From Bdellovibrio sp. (GTDB lineage Bacteria; Bdellovibrionota; Bdellovibrionia; Bdellovibrionales; Bdellovibrionaceae): DNA of 25,087 nucleotides. The stretch's first letter is position 1. Each line of letters opens with the position of its first letter. The stretch is taken from assembly GCA_046318155.1 (NCBI GenBank), contig JBKCUU010000081.1:1-25087 (forward strand), given 5' to 3'. This document shows positions 1-7,927 of the stretch, piece by piece. Below the pieces are notes generated by a model. It had not been told where the DNA came from. It did no database searches and worked only from the letters and a program-made list of their open reading frames with translations. Made by a program: the position numbers and the translations under genes.

Positions 1-466
1 TGAGTTTTTGCAGACCGGCTTCTGAGCCCGCTCGAAGGAGAGGATCAAGCTCGGCGTAATCCATTTTGGTATCGGCCTGAATCACGACTTGAATGTTTTC
101 GTTGCCAGAAGCTTTTTTAGCTTCAATCAATCGCTGACCGAGCTGATTCATCGCGACGGGCTTGTCATTGATAAAGTAAAGACCCTTTTCGATGCGAACA
201 TTGAGCGACTCACCTTCAATTGTCTGCCCCGCTTCAGCCATGGGGAGTTTCAGATGATTGGGAACTGTCGTTTCGAGAGCGCCCGACTGCGTTCCGATCA
301 AAAGATAAATGACGATGATCGAAAAAGCATCGATCAGCGAAGTCAGCGGCAATGCGAGGGCGAGATCGTGACGACCCAGTTTGGAGGATTTCGCTCCGGG
401 CTTCAAGAATTGAGCTTGAGCCAAGGGCGAGGTTCGAGTTGTTTTGTCCATCACGGCCATTTTCAT
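1..466 (-). CDS. ExbD/TolR-family protein (second copy, AglS-like); 3' end runs off the window
   Basis: Not in the ORF track because it has no stop inside the window. Manual translation from ATG 466 (AGGTAGG upstream) gives MKMAVMDKTTRTSPLAQAQFLKPG...LALPLTSLIDAFSIIVIYLLIGTQ...IQVVIQADTKMDYAELDPLLRAGSEAGLQKL. It has the ExbD TM Asp motif and the C-terminal 'IQAD...Y...AG' motif. Confidence 0.9.
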   Translation of the reverse strand, partial: MKMAVMDKTTRTSPLAQAQFLKPGAKSSKLGRHDLALALPLTSLIDAFSIIVIYLLIGTQSGALETTVPNHLKLPMAEAGQTIEGESLNVRIEKGLYFINDKPVAMNQLGQRLIEAKKASGNENIQVVIQADTKMDYAELDPLLRAGSEAGLQKL

Positions 467-520
467 AAGACCTACCTACTTTTAGCGCTTTTGAGCGCTG
501 GGTTCCTTTAAACGCTGAGA

Positions 521-964
521 TCAACCCAATGGTGACAAACCGATGTCTGTCATTTGGTTTTGCTTGAGTTGGTCCATGAGTTTGATCACGTCACCGTAGT
601 TGGCTTTCGCTTCGGGACGGATCACCACCGTTTTCAGATCTGGCAACTGAGTTTTTAAAGACTGAATTTTTTGATTCAAAGTCTCCCAGTTGATGCCCGA
701 TTTCGAGGACGCAATCACCGCTTCGAGCTGCATTTTTGTTCCGACGTCGCGGAGTGAGAACTTCACCGTTCCATTGGGAGCGACACCAATCCATAGCGAG
801 GGTGGATTTTTCGCGCTGCTCGTGCTGTTGTCGCCAATTGCTTGCTTCGTATCGATCGAGCCGATTTGAACCCACACGGCCGTCAGTAGCAAAAAGCAAA
901 TCAACACCGACAAGATGTCGAGAATCGGAAGAATGTTAATTTCGAAGTTCAAATCTTTTCGCAT
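521..964 (-). CDS. exbD: ExbD/TolR-family biopolymer transport protein (AglQ-like)
   Basis: TM segment INILPILDILSVLICFLL with the conserved Asp; C-terminal VVIRPEAKANYGDVIKLMD; AAGGAG RBS. Confidence 0.9.
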   Translation of the reverse strand: MRKDLNFEINILPILDILSVLICFLLLTAVWVQIGSIDTKQAIGDNSTSSAKNPPSLWIGVAPNGTVKFSLRDVGTKMQLEAVIASSKSGINWETLNQKIQSLKTQLPDLKTVVIRPEAKANYGDVIKLMDQLKQNQMTDIGLSPLG

Positions 965-982
965 TTTGCAACTCCTTCGGAG

Positions 983-1663
983 CTAGGCGCGGGTGGTTTT
1001 CTTTTTTGCTGGAACGGATTCATAGTTGTAGCTGAGTTGGATGAACAGGTTGAGGGCGGCTTTGTTCAGGTCATCTGTCAGACGTGAAGCACGATTTTGT
1101 AAGACCGCGTACATGATCAAAGCTGGAACCGCAACGATCAGACCATAAGCGGTGGTGTTCATCGCCAGAGCGATACCATTTGAAAGGATCGTCGCTTTCT
1201 CGGCAGGGTTCGCATTTGCGATACCGGCGAAAGAATGGATTAACCCCGTGATAGTACCCAAAAGTCCAAGCAAAGTCGCAACGTTGGCAAACATCGCCAA
1301 GAAGCCAATGCGTTTTTCAACACGCGTGTTCTCTTCAAGAAGAACCTCGTCCATTTTAAGTTGGATCTCTTCTTTACCGCCCATATCAATAGCGGCTTGC
1401 AAGCCAGCGGCGGCAACAACTCCCAAAGGCTCTGACTTCCCTAGGGCTTCCGAGCGTCTAAGCGCTTTTTCGAGATTGCCTGAACGAATGTCTTCGCCCA
1501 AAAGTTTCGCCAAACTTTTTTGATTTGTTTTGCGATTCAGATAAAGAGCGATTGATCTTTCGATCGTGATCGCAATCGAAACGATCTGAGCGGCTAAAAT
1601 AGTCCACATCCAAATAGCGTCTGAAGAGACAAAGCCGCGGCCCAGTGATGAAAAGAATTCCAT
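983..1663 (-). CDS. MotA/TolQ/ExbB proton-channel family protein (AglR-like)
   Basis: ATLLGLLGTITGLIHSF and ALAMNTTAYGLIVAVP motifs. Start moved to ATG 1663 (MEFFSS), which follows GGAGGAAG. Confidence 0.92.
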   Translation of the reverse strand: MEFFSSLGRGFVSSDAIWMWTILAAQIVSIAITIERSIALYLNRKTNQKSLAKLLGEDIRSGNLEKALRRSEALGKSEPLGVVAAAGLQAAIDMGGKEEIQLKMDEVLLEENTRVEKRIGFLAMFANVATLLGLLGTITGLIHSFAGIANANPAEKATILSNGIALAMNTTAYGLIVAVPALIMYAVLQNRASRLTDDLNKAALNLFIQLSYNYESVPAKKKTTRA

Positions 1664-1718
1664 AAACTTCCTCCGTAAACGTCCAAAAACGTACAATTAA
1701 TGACTCCGGTCTCCCCAG

Positions 1719-1734
1719 AGCAAGCTTCGGACCA
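1719..1734 (-). promoter_or_regulatory. Putative sigma54 (-24/-12) promoter for the exbB-exbD-exbD operon
   Basis: Minus strand TGGTCCGAAGCTTGCT has exact GG-N10-GC spacing and TTGCT, about 55 bp upstream of ATG 1663. Confidence 0.55.
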
Positions 1735-1982
1735 GGCAAAAAGCCAGCGTTTGCGCGCGTGAGTCGTTCTGAGACACTTTTCCTTTCGACGCGGAGACAA
1801 TTCACGTCAAGCCGGCCAAAAGTTGTTCAGGACATCGGCTGGGGAGGGGGCAGGAGGGGGGATCGCGAGTCACGGACCGACGTCGGGGAGTGGTTCACGA
1901 CTCCCGAGATCTTCGCAGCGGTGCTGGGTCCCGGCCGTTGGTCCATTTTGAGTCAAAATTACCAGTTGCTAGAAAAAAATCA

Positions 1983-2009
1983 TAAAGATTTGGTTTGGAT
2001 AGCCGATTG
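1983..2009 (+). promoter_or_regulatory. Putative sigma28 (FliA) promoter
   Basis: TAAA-N15-GCCGATTG, ending 24 bp upstream of ATG 2034; consensus is TAAA-N15-GCCGATAA. Confidence 0.7.
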
Positions 2010-2033
2010 GTTTGGAAGAAATAGGGGTTCACA

Positions 2034-3488
2034 ATGAACGCGAAGTTTAAAAATCAGCATCATGGACCGAGCACTTTCAAATTTGCACTCGGGCAGGCGA
2101 TCGTACTTTCGATCTTGTTGTCGCCAGCGCCTTCATTTGGACAACGGCTCGAGTGGAAAGAAGGCGACGACGCACCTTCTCCCGCTTCAAGCGCTGACTC
2201 CTCTAGAGGTCTCTACCAAAAAACCGGAGAGGCCTGGGCTTCGCCGCCGAGCTACCCCGAGGATGCTCTTCGCCACGCTTTCGAACAAGAAAAGCTTGAA
2301 CGCAAAAAAATCGAAAAAGCGCGAGAAGATCTTTTGGCCGTGAAAGAAGCTTACGAACAAAAAAAGGTGGATGCCGAGCGTGAGATCTTGGCTAAGCGCT
2401 TTGCCATTGAAAACGCGCGGCAAGAAGCCGAGCGCGCCCACAATGAAACAGCGACCCTCAGAACAGAAATTGTCGGTCTCGACGGCCAGATGGCCGACGT
2501 CAACAACCAGCTGAACTTGGTAAAATCCCAAACCGAAGAGCACGTCAAGGCCCACAAGCAAGTGACCGCCGAACTGCAGGCAAGTCAAAAAAGTCTTGAA
2601 CTGGCACTTGCAAGTTTAAAGAAAACTCGCGAAGAATCTTTTCGCAAAATCAACGATTACCAAGTAGCTATTCAAAGGTCCAAGGCTCAAATTTTTGAGG
2701 AGCAAGCGCAGATTGCAAAAATCGACAATGACAAGGCGAGAGCCGAGGCTGAAGAGTTGGTCGTTCGCTCAAGGCTGAACGACTTGCAGAGCCAGCTCAA
2801 CGAAGTCAAGGGTTACCGTCAGCGTTTGCAAAGCGAACTTGGCGATTTGCGCAGGCGGCTTGATCTCGCAAAAGGAGATCTCGGGGACGCCAAAAACGAA
2901 TACCTCGCCGCCGAAAAGAATAAAAATCAATTAGAGTCGATGGTCAAGGCCACTCGACAAAGCAACGCTCAAGAAATGCGCCGACTCGAAAACGAGATCG
3001 CTGCCTTACGTAACAAAAAGAACGAAGCCGAAGCTGAATCGGTTCGCTACCAAGCTGAAGCCGACAAGCTCAATCAAAATCTGGCGATGGTGAAAGTTCG
3101 TAATGCCGAGGCTCAAGCCTCAGCCGAAGAAGCTCAAGGGTTTGCCATGGAGTCTCGCCTCAAATTCGAAACAGCGCAAACCGAGTTGAAGCGCGAGCTC
3201 TCAGGTGCCCAGGCTGGCAAAATGAAGCGTGACACCATGGCTGTGAAGCTTCGAGGTCTGGCCAACATGGAGACCGGATCAGGCTTTACAAGTTCTGGCA
3301 AAGTCTGGACGGTGACGCAAGACTGCGATATTCGGCAGACATCAGTCGGTAGTGGTCCGAAGGTAGGATCAGTCAAGTCCGGCGAGAGGGTCATTGCATC
3401 TGAAGAGCCCGGCGGTGTTGTGAAACTTTTGAACAAATCAGGAACGGTGGCTTACGTGCCTGCAAGGTGCGGTCAGTTTAAAGATTAA
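2034..3488 (+). CDS. Secreted long coiled-coil protein with a C-terminal SH3b-like domain
   Basis: Signal-peptide-like N-terminus (AIVLSILLSPAPSFG); about 330 aa of E/K/A/Q/L-rich heptads; C-terminal VTQDCDIRQTS...KVGSVKSGERV...AYVPARC resembles a bacterial SH3 domain. Confidence 0.75.
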   Translation: MNAKFKNQHHGPSTFKFALGQAIVLSILLSPAPSFGQRLEWKEGDDAPSPASSADSSRGLYQKTGEAWASPPSYPEDALRHAFEQEKLERKKIEKAREDLLAVKEAYEQKKVDAEREILAKRFAIENARQEAERAHNETATLRTEIVGLDGQMADVNNQLNLVKSQTEEHVKAHKQVTAELQASQKSLELALASLKKTREESFRKINDYQVAIQRSKAQIFEEQAQIAKIDNDKARAEAEELVVRSRLNDLQSQLNEVKGYRQRLQSELGDLRRRLDLAKGDLGDAKNEYLAAEKNKNQLESMVKATRQSNAQEMRRLENEIAALRNKKNEAEAESVRYQAEADKLNQNLAMVKVRNAEAQASAEEAQGFAMESRLKFETAQTELKRELSGAQAGKMKRDTMAVKLRGLANMETGSGFTSSGKVWTVTQDCDIRQTSVGSGPKVGSVKSGERVIASEEPGGVVKLLNKSGTVAYVPARCGQFKD

Positions 3489-3491
3489 TTT

Positions 3492-3517
3492 AAAAGGCAC
3501 CAATCGGTGCCTTTTTT
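3492..3517. terminator. Bidirectional intrinsic terminator
   Basis: AAAAGGCACC-aatc-GGTGCCTTTTTT between convergent genes. Confidence 0.85.
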
Positions 3518-3563
3518 GTTTAAGTGCTGCTGTTCGGGGTCATGTTTTTAACAAACAGCTGAT

Positions 3564-4592
3564 CTAGAACTGATATCGGTATCCGAGCTTGAGGCCGACG
3601 ACGCTGGCCTTTGTTTTCCAATTATCGGTAATGGAACCGACTTTGCCTTCGACTTCGGCATCTCGCAGAGAGTAATCAAAACCAAACTCGATGGCGCTGT
3701 TTTCCTGCCACTGGCGTTCAGCCATGATCTTCAGTTGATACCGGCTGTTTTGTTTGACAGTCAGCGTGCTGCTTTGTCCTGTCTTTAATCCCATCGCATA
3801 AACAAGTTGGCCGCTTAAAGTCCAAAACGGGGTCATTGGATACTGGGCCATAAACCCCGCTCCCAAAATTGTATCACGCACGTTGGTTAAACTTAAAGTC
3901 GTTCCGCTAGTGCCGAATTCCAAGCTTGAATACGAATCATAGCCAAGTAAAATCGAGGGACAGAGCCGGGCCGCAAAATGATCACCGATTTGGCAATAGG
4001 CGGCCTCAAGGCTAAGAGCATCGTTTGTCGCTGTTGATTCGAGAATGGTGTATGGCGAGGCCGTCTGGGCAGGGGCTTTAACTTGGTAGGTGCTGTACTC
4101 GGCCGAAAGACTCCACGACGGCGTGAGTGCCAATCGGTAGTCCAGCGCCCAGGCCTGCAGGGTGCTGGCCGAAAAATTAAAGTCAGGCCCATTTCCGTAC
4201 TTTTGATTGAAACCCACCGAGCGCGGCGTCAGTGACACGCCCATGCTGTGCTTGGGATACCCCGGATAGGTCTGAAAAGGCAGGTCATTTTGGTAATTCT
4301 CGATGGGATTGGCCGACACATCGGTGGGTGATGCCGCGGCTGAGGGATCAGCGACTTTAAACTGAAACGCGGGTCGCTTGTCTTTGTCGGTATTAGCTGA
4401 GGTCCCTAAAGTGTTAAATTGGTAAGATCTCCCAGAATCGGCAGGTGCATTGAGGGTGGGTTGCACGCTGCCCTCGGTCGATTTTACTTTTTTGCTCGGC
4501 AGGGCCTTGGGTGCCTGAGCGTGAGCCATATCCAGGCAAAAAAAGAGTGCGCAAAGTAAAGTTGCGGGAAACATAAGCAAAGATGTGAGCAT
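3564..4592 (-). CDS. Outer-membrane beta-barrel protein with a Pro/Ser-rich N-terminal extension
   Basis: Signal peptide (MLTSLL...MAHA), alternating amphipathic strands and a C-terminal BAM signal LGYRYQF. Start assigned to ATG 4592; the ORF track extends to 4637. Confidence 0.75.
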   Translation of the reverse strand: MLTSLLMFPATLLCALFFCLDMAHAQAPKALPSKKVKSTEGSVQPTLNAPADSGRSYQFNTLGTSANTDKDKRPAFQFKVADPSAAASPTDVSANPIENYQNDLPFQTYPGYPKHSMGVSLTPRSVGFNQKYGNGPDFNFSASTLQAWALDYRLALTPSWSLSAEYSTYQVKAPAQTASPYTILESTATNDALSLEAAYCQIGDHFAARLCPSILLGYDSYSSLEFGTSGTTLSLTNVRDTILGAGFMAQYPMTPFWTLSGQLVYAMGLKTGQSSTLTVKQNSRYQLKIMAERQWQENSAIEFGFDYSLRDAEVEGKVGSITDNWKTKASVVGLKLGYRYQF

Positions 4593-4822
4593 GTCTTTTT
4601 CTTTCCATTTTGAGTTTTTAGATTCATCAATGAACAACTTCTTGCTCTAAAGGTTGGCATGCGAGCGCGGTGAAAACAAGAAATTCAGGGTTTTGCTCAA
4701 AGTCCCATGAGAGCCTAGACTTAAGGCTTAAGGTTTTCAATTGCCTTGCCACAGCCAGCAAATGTGCAAAAACTAGGTTTACACAAACTAAAGATTTGCA
4801 TCTCGCTTTGAAGGAGAAACTC

Positions 4823-5539
4823 ATGTCAGCAGGCATTTCATCATTGGTCGCAGTTGCCATCTTGGCTTCCACTCAATTTTCTTGGGCTCAAGTCGAACCA
4901 GCCGAAATCGCGTGCACGATTCGCGAAACAGGTAGCAGTCTGAACTGCCAGTGGATCTCAAAAGGCGAGCGGAAGTCGATGACCTCAGAAGACATTTCGA
5001 CCTTCATCGACCAGTCCAGCGTCATGGCGTACATGACGGTCAAAAGCCGCCGCGGTTTGGAACGCACCTTTATGGTGGACGGCAATGCACCGCAATTTAG
5101 AAAGTTAGCTGAAATGAAAAAAACAGCCTCAATCTCTGAGGTGAGCCGGACCAAGAACGACCTTTTCTCGGAGATGGAAAAACGCGCCATTAAAGTGTCT
5201 GATGACCTGGATGCTGCGGCCGTCGGCGCCGAGCTCGTGAAATTTGACCCTTCGATCTCGACCGACAAGTTTCGCCGCGAAACTCGCAATATGGTGACCG
5301 AGCTTGAAGGCTTTAAGAAAAACCGCGACAAGGTCTGCACGGCGACCCCGGCGTTTGAGCAAATGTCCAAGGCGAATGCGGGCCTTCAGCAATCGCTCTC
5401 AAACATCTTGTTTGCGTTTCAAACACCGGATTCTTGTATGTCAGGTTTCAAGGTCTTTAAAGATAAAGACGGCAGCGTCGATCTTCGCCAGCTTGATGGC
5501 GTCGCCGACCAATTCAAGGCTAATTGCAAGAAGCGCTAG
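4823..5539 (+). CDS. Secreted hypothetical protein (Cys-containing)
   Basis: ATG 4823 follows AAGGAG; signal peptide MSAGISSLVAVAILASTQFSWA; 238 aa, followed by a terminator. Confidence 0.75.
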   Translation: MSAGISSLVAVAILASTQFSWAQVEPAEIACTIRETGSSLNCQWISKGERKSMTSEDISTFIDQSSVMAYMTVKSRRGLERTFMVDGNAPQFRKLAEMKKTASISEVSRTKNDLFSEMEKRAIKVSDDLDAAAVGAELVKFDPSISTDKFRRETRNMVTELEGFKKNRDKVCTATPAFEQMSKANAGLQQSLSNILFAFQTPDSCMSGFKVFKDKDGSVDLRQLDGVADQFKANCKKR

Positions 5540-5550
5540 AAGCCCTGTTT

Positions 5551-5601
5551 GAAAAAACAAAAACCCCGCCGAAGTGATTCGCGGGGTTTTTTGTTTTTTT
5601 C
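5551..5601. terminator. Bidirectional intrinsic terminator
   Basis: GAAAAAACAAAAACCCCGC...GCGGGGTTTTTTGTTTTTTTC between convergent genes. Confidence 0.9.
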
Positions 5602-5617
5602 ACTGACAGTTGGAAAG

Positions 5618-6622
5618 TTAAGGAACAAAAAACACACAATTGTAAGCGACCGAAGTCCCTGCGGCAGCAGAATGTAGAGCAATCTGATTGAGAGTACCGG
5701 TCGCGCGAGCGGTCACACCCGTGTTAACTGCAGCGGTTGGTGAACAACTAACGGTAACAGCTGTGCTGGCCGGAACTCCTGTACAGGTGGCCGTGGCTCC
5801 GGCCGCAGATGACGCCGTCGCAGCAATTGTACATCGGCCGATGCGAGTAAACGCGGTCCCAGAATCGCCGATCGTGACTTTGCCGCCTGAACCAGAAGTA
5901 ATGACCGTCGAATTAGCGGGGTTTGCGTTGCTTCCGATCGTGGTGACTCCGTTTGAGGCTCGGAATGAAGCGGCGCCAGTGGTCGAAGACACTGTCAGCG
6001 CAGCGGTATTAGCGGTAATGTTGAGAACCCCACCAGTCCCAGCAGTGACATTCAAGGCGCCCGTGCCGCCTGCTTGGACCGTGGTTGGGGAGTTTCCAGT
6101 AATGTTGCCCAGTGTACTCGTAAAACCAGACGCTCCCTGAAAAGTCGCGTCCGCGGATGCCGGCGCTAGTCCGCCGGCCAGCGAGGCGTAGGTCGCCATT
6201 GGAGCTGCCGCGAGAGAGACCGACACAACGTCGGGAGAGCCGCCGATCGTAAAAAGAATTTTTGCATTCATGGCGTCAGCGCTGTTGTACGCAGCGATTT
6301 GCGCCGGAGTCAGTCCTGTCACCGTGAAACCAAAGGCCCCGTTCGAAATCGAAACGGTGCCCACCGAGATTGCAGAACCACCCACGCAAGTTGCACCCGT
6401 GAAGGTCATTCCCACAACGGTGCCCGGGTGGGTCCCGTCGGTAAAGCACACGTCGGTGGCTGTCGAGGTGGCATTCACCGGACTGCCCGATCTTTTAAGA
6501 TAGCCTTGCACCGCAATCGAATTCATGTTGCTAGGTGCAGCAAAAGCCGAAGCGGCCAGGAGGAACAGGGCCAAAGGGCTTCGCTTCATCAAGGTCATGG
6601 TTGTTGTTTTCAGTTGTTTCAT
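5618..6622 (-). CDS. Secreted Thr/Ala/Gly/Ser-rich fibre/adhesin-like protein (MAT-like N-terminal domain)
   Basis: Signal peptide ending SAFA; N-domain 'VQGYL...SISNGAFGFTV...VSLAAAPMATYASLA'; short beta-repeats in the middle; Cys-containing C-terminal tip. Confidence 0.65.
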   Translation of the reverse strand: MKQLKTTTMTLMKRSPLALFLLAASAFAAPSNMNSIAVQGYLKRSGSPVNATSTATDVCFTDGTHPGTVVGMTFTGATCVGGSAISVGTVSISNGAFGFTVTGLTPAQIAAYNSADAMNAKILFTIGGSPDVVSVSLAAAPMATYASLAGGLAPASADATFQGASGFTSTLGNITGNSPTTVQAGGTGALNVTAGTGGVLNITANTAALTVSSTTGAASFRASNGVTTIGSNANPANSTVITSGSGGKVTIGDSGTAFTRIGRCTIAATASSAAGATATCTGVPASTAVTVSCSPTAAVNTGVTARATGTLNQIALHSAAAGTSVAYNCVFFVP

Positions 6623-6633
6623 CGAAACCTCGC

Positions 6634-7695
6634 TTATGGGCTTTCAGAGCTCATGGTCGAAACGTTAAACAAATTTTTGGTTGAAGCTGAAGTGTAGTCT
6701 GTCGTGGCCATGGTGTTGAACGAGACCACGGAAAGGCTGGCCGGGGCCACGCAGTTTAGTCCGGAGCAGACGGGCGCGGCGATTGCCGAGGTGCCCGAGG
6801 TATTGGTCACTGGCGCAATTTGGCCAAAGACATTCTGTAAGCTGGTTTTAAATGTCACGTTGACGGCCAATCCCGCTGGGGACGTGTTGCCGGCGCGGTC
6901 TCTTGCCTTAATGAGAGCAGAATTGAGGCCCGAGTCTGCGGCAAATCGAAGTGAAAAGGTAGTCGCCGTCGGGTAAGAAATCTGCGCGGACGAGGGTTGC
7001 TCGACCACGAGCTCAAACGAGTCTGACGAAAGGTTCCAAGAGCCGACGACCTCAATAAATTGATCCGAGCACACGTAGTTTCCGGCTGTGATGAGTGTAC
7101 ACGCGGCGGCACCCGAGTAAGCACTCGAGGTATGCATCTGAACGCCCGTCAACACAGGCTCCAAGGGAGCGTTGGTGTCGACCACGATTTGAACCGACTT
7201 ATTGACGCCGAGGTAAGTCACGTCATCTGTCGTGCCGGCCGCGCCAAAAAGTTTGAGGTCCCACAGTTCACCATTTTCATTGGAATTAGTCGCGACGGTT
7301 TTCGCCAGCGTCCAGTCACCGTTGCCATCGCAGGCGGCCGACTCGGCGTCGTAGGTCGAAGGTTCGCCGCCTGTCGACCAAGACTTTAAGCGCACGTGAG
7401 AAATCCCGCGCGAGCAAGTTCCCGACATCGTAATTACATTTGTTGTCAAATGCACGGCGCCCGTACTGTCAGCAAACCAGGTCAAAGAATTTTTTGTGTT
7501 GATCGTCGAAAGGCTCAAGCTCAAGCCCCCGGTCGATGCCGGATCTGTGAACGAGGGCGAATTGGAGACCCCGACACTGCCCCCGCCGCCTCCTGGGCAT
7601 CCCGCCAAAAACAAACAGCTGGTAGCAGCTAAAGCCATGGCCACGGCACGAGACGTCCGATCTGAATTCAACTGGAAGTCGTACGAAGTTTTCAT
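6634..7695 (-). CDS. Lipoprotein with bacterial Ig-like domains
   Basis: Lipobox FLAG|C followed by a PGGGGGS linker; Ig-like hallmarks ITMSGTC, NGDWTL, VVDTNAP and IKARDRAGNTS. ATG 7719 lies inside the sigma28 promoter, so ATG 7695 or a later ATG is preferred. Confidence 0.75.
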   Translation of the reverse strand: MKTSYDFQLNSDRTSRAVAMALAATSCLFLAGCPGGGGGSVGVSNSPSFTDPASTGGLSLSLSTINTKNSLTWFADSTGAVHLTTNVITMSGTCSRGISHVRLKSWSTGGEPSTYDAESAACDGNGDWTLAKTVATNSNENGELWDLKLFGAAGTTDDVTYLGVNKSVQIVVDTNAPLEPVLTGVQMHTSSAYSGAAACTLITAGNYVCSDQFIEVVGSWNLSSDSFELVVEQPSSAQISYPTATTFSLRFAADSGLNSALIKARDRAGNTSPAGLAVNVTFKTSLQNVFGQIAPVTNTSGTSAIAAPVCSGLNCVAPASLSVVSFNTMATTDYTSASTKNLFNVSTMSSESP

Positions 7696-7702
7696 ATCGA
7701 AG

Positions 7703-7729
7703 GGATCGGCGCCCGTCATTTAAAACTTA
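7703..7729 (-). promoter_or_regulatory. Putative sigma28 (FliA) promoter for the lipoprotein-fibre operon
   Basis: Minus strand TAAG-N15-GCCGATCC. Confidence 0.6.
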
Positions 7730-7927
7730 ACAAAAACTTTTTTCGTTTCTCAAAACAGGACGCGAGACGTCTCTTTGCGCCTCAAAACTAGACCAACGCT
7801 GGGCCCAACGCTGCGTTTGAGCGTTCTCCGGGGATAAGGCGTTTTCAGCATCATTTTGTTGGCAAAGAATGCCGAAGACTTGATCCACTAGATTTTTGCA
7901 TCGTTCGGTCTCAAGGAGGAAGGTGAA

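Noticed and set aside
89..524. ORF-track entries 89..511(+) and 234..524(-)
   Set aside because: They are shadow frames of the real ExbD-like gene at <1..466(-).
1841..1861. G-run tract as a G-quadruplex
   Set aside because: It has only three runs of three or more G plus one GG, and there is no other support for function.
4736..4751. TGGCAAGGCAATTGAA (minus strand) as a sigma54 promoter for the beta-barrel; likewise TGGCCTTTTTATTGGA upstream of the L,D-transpeptidase
   Set aside because: The -12 dinucleotide is GA or GG rather than GC, too weak to call.
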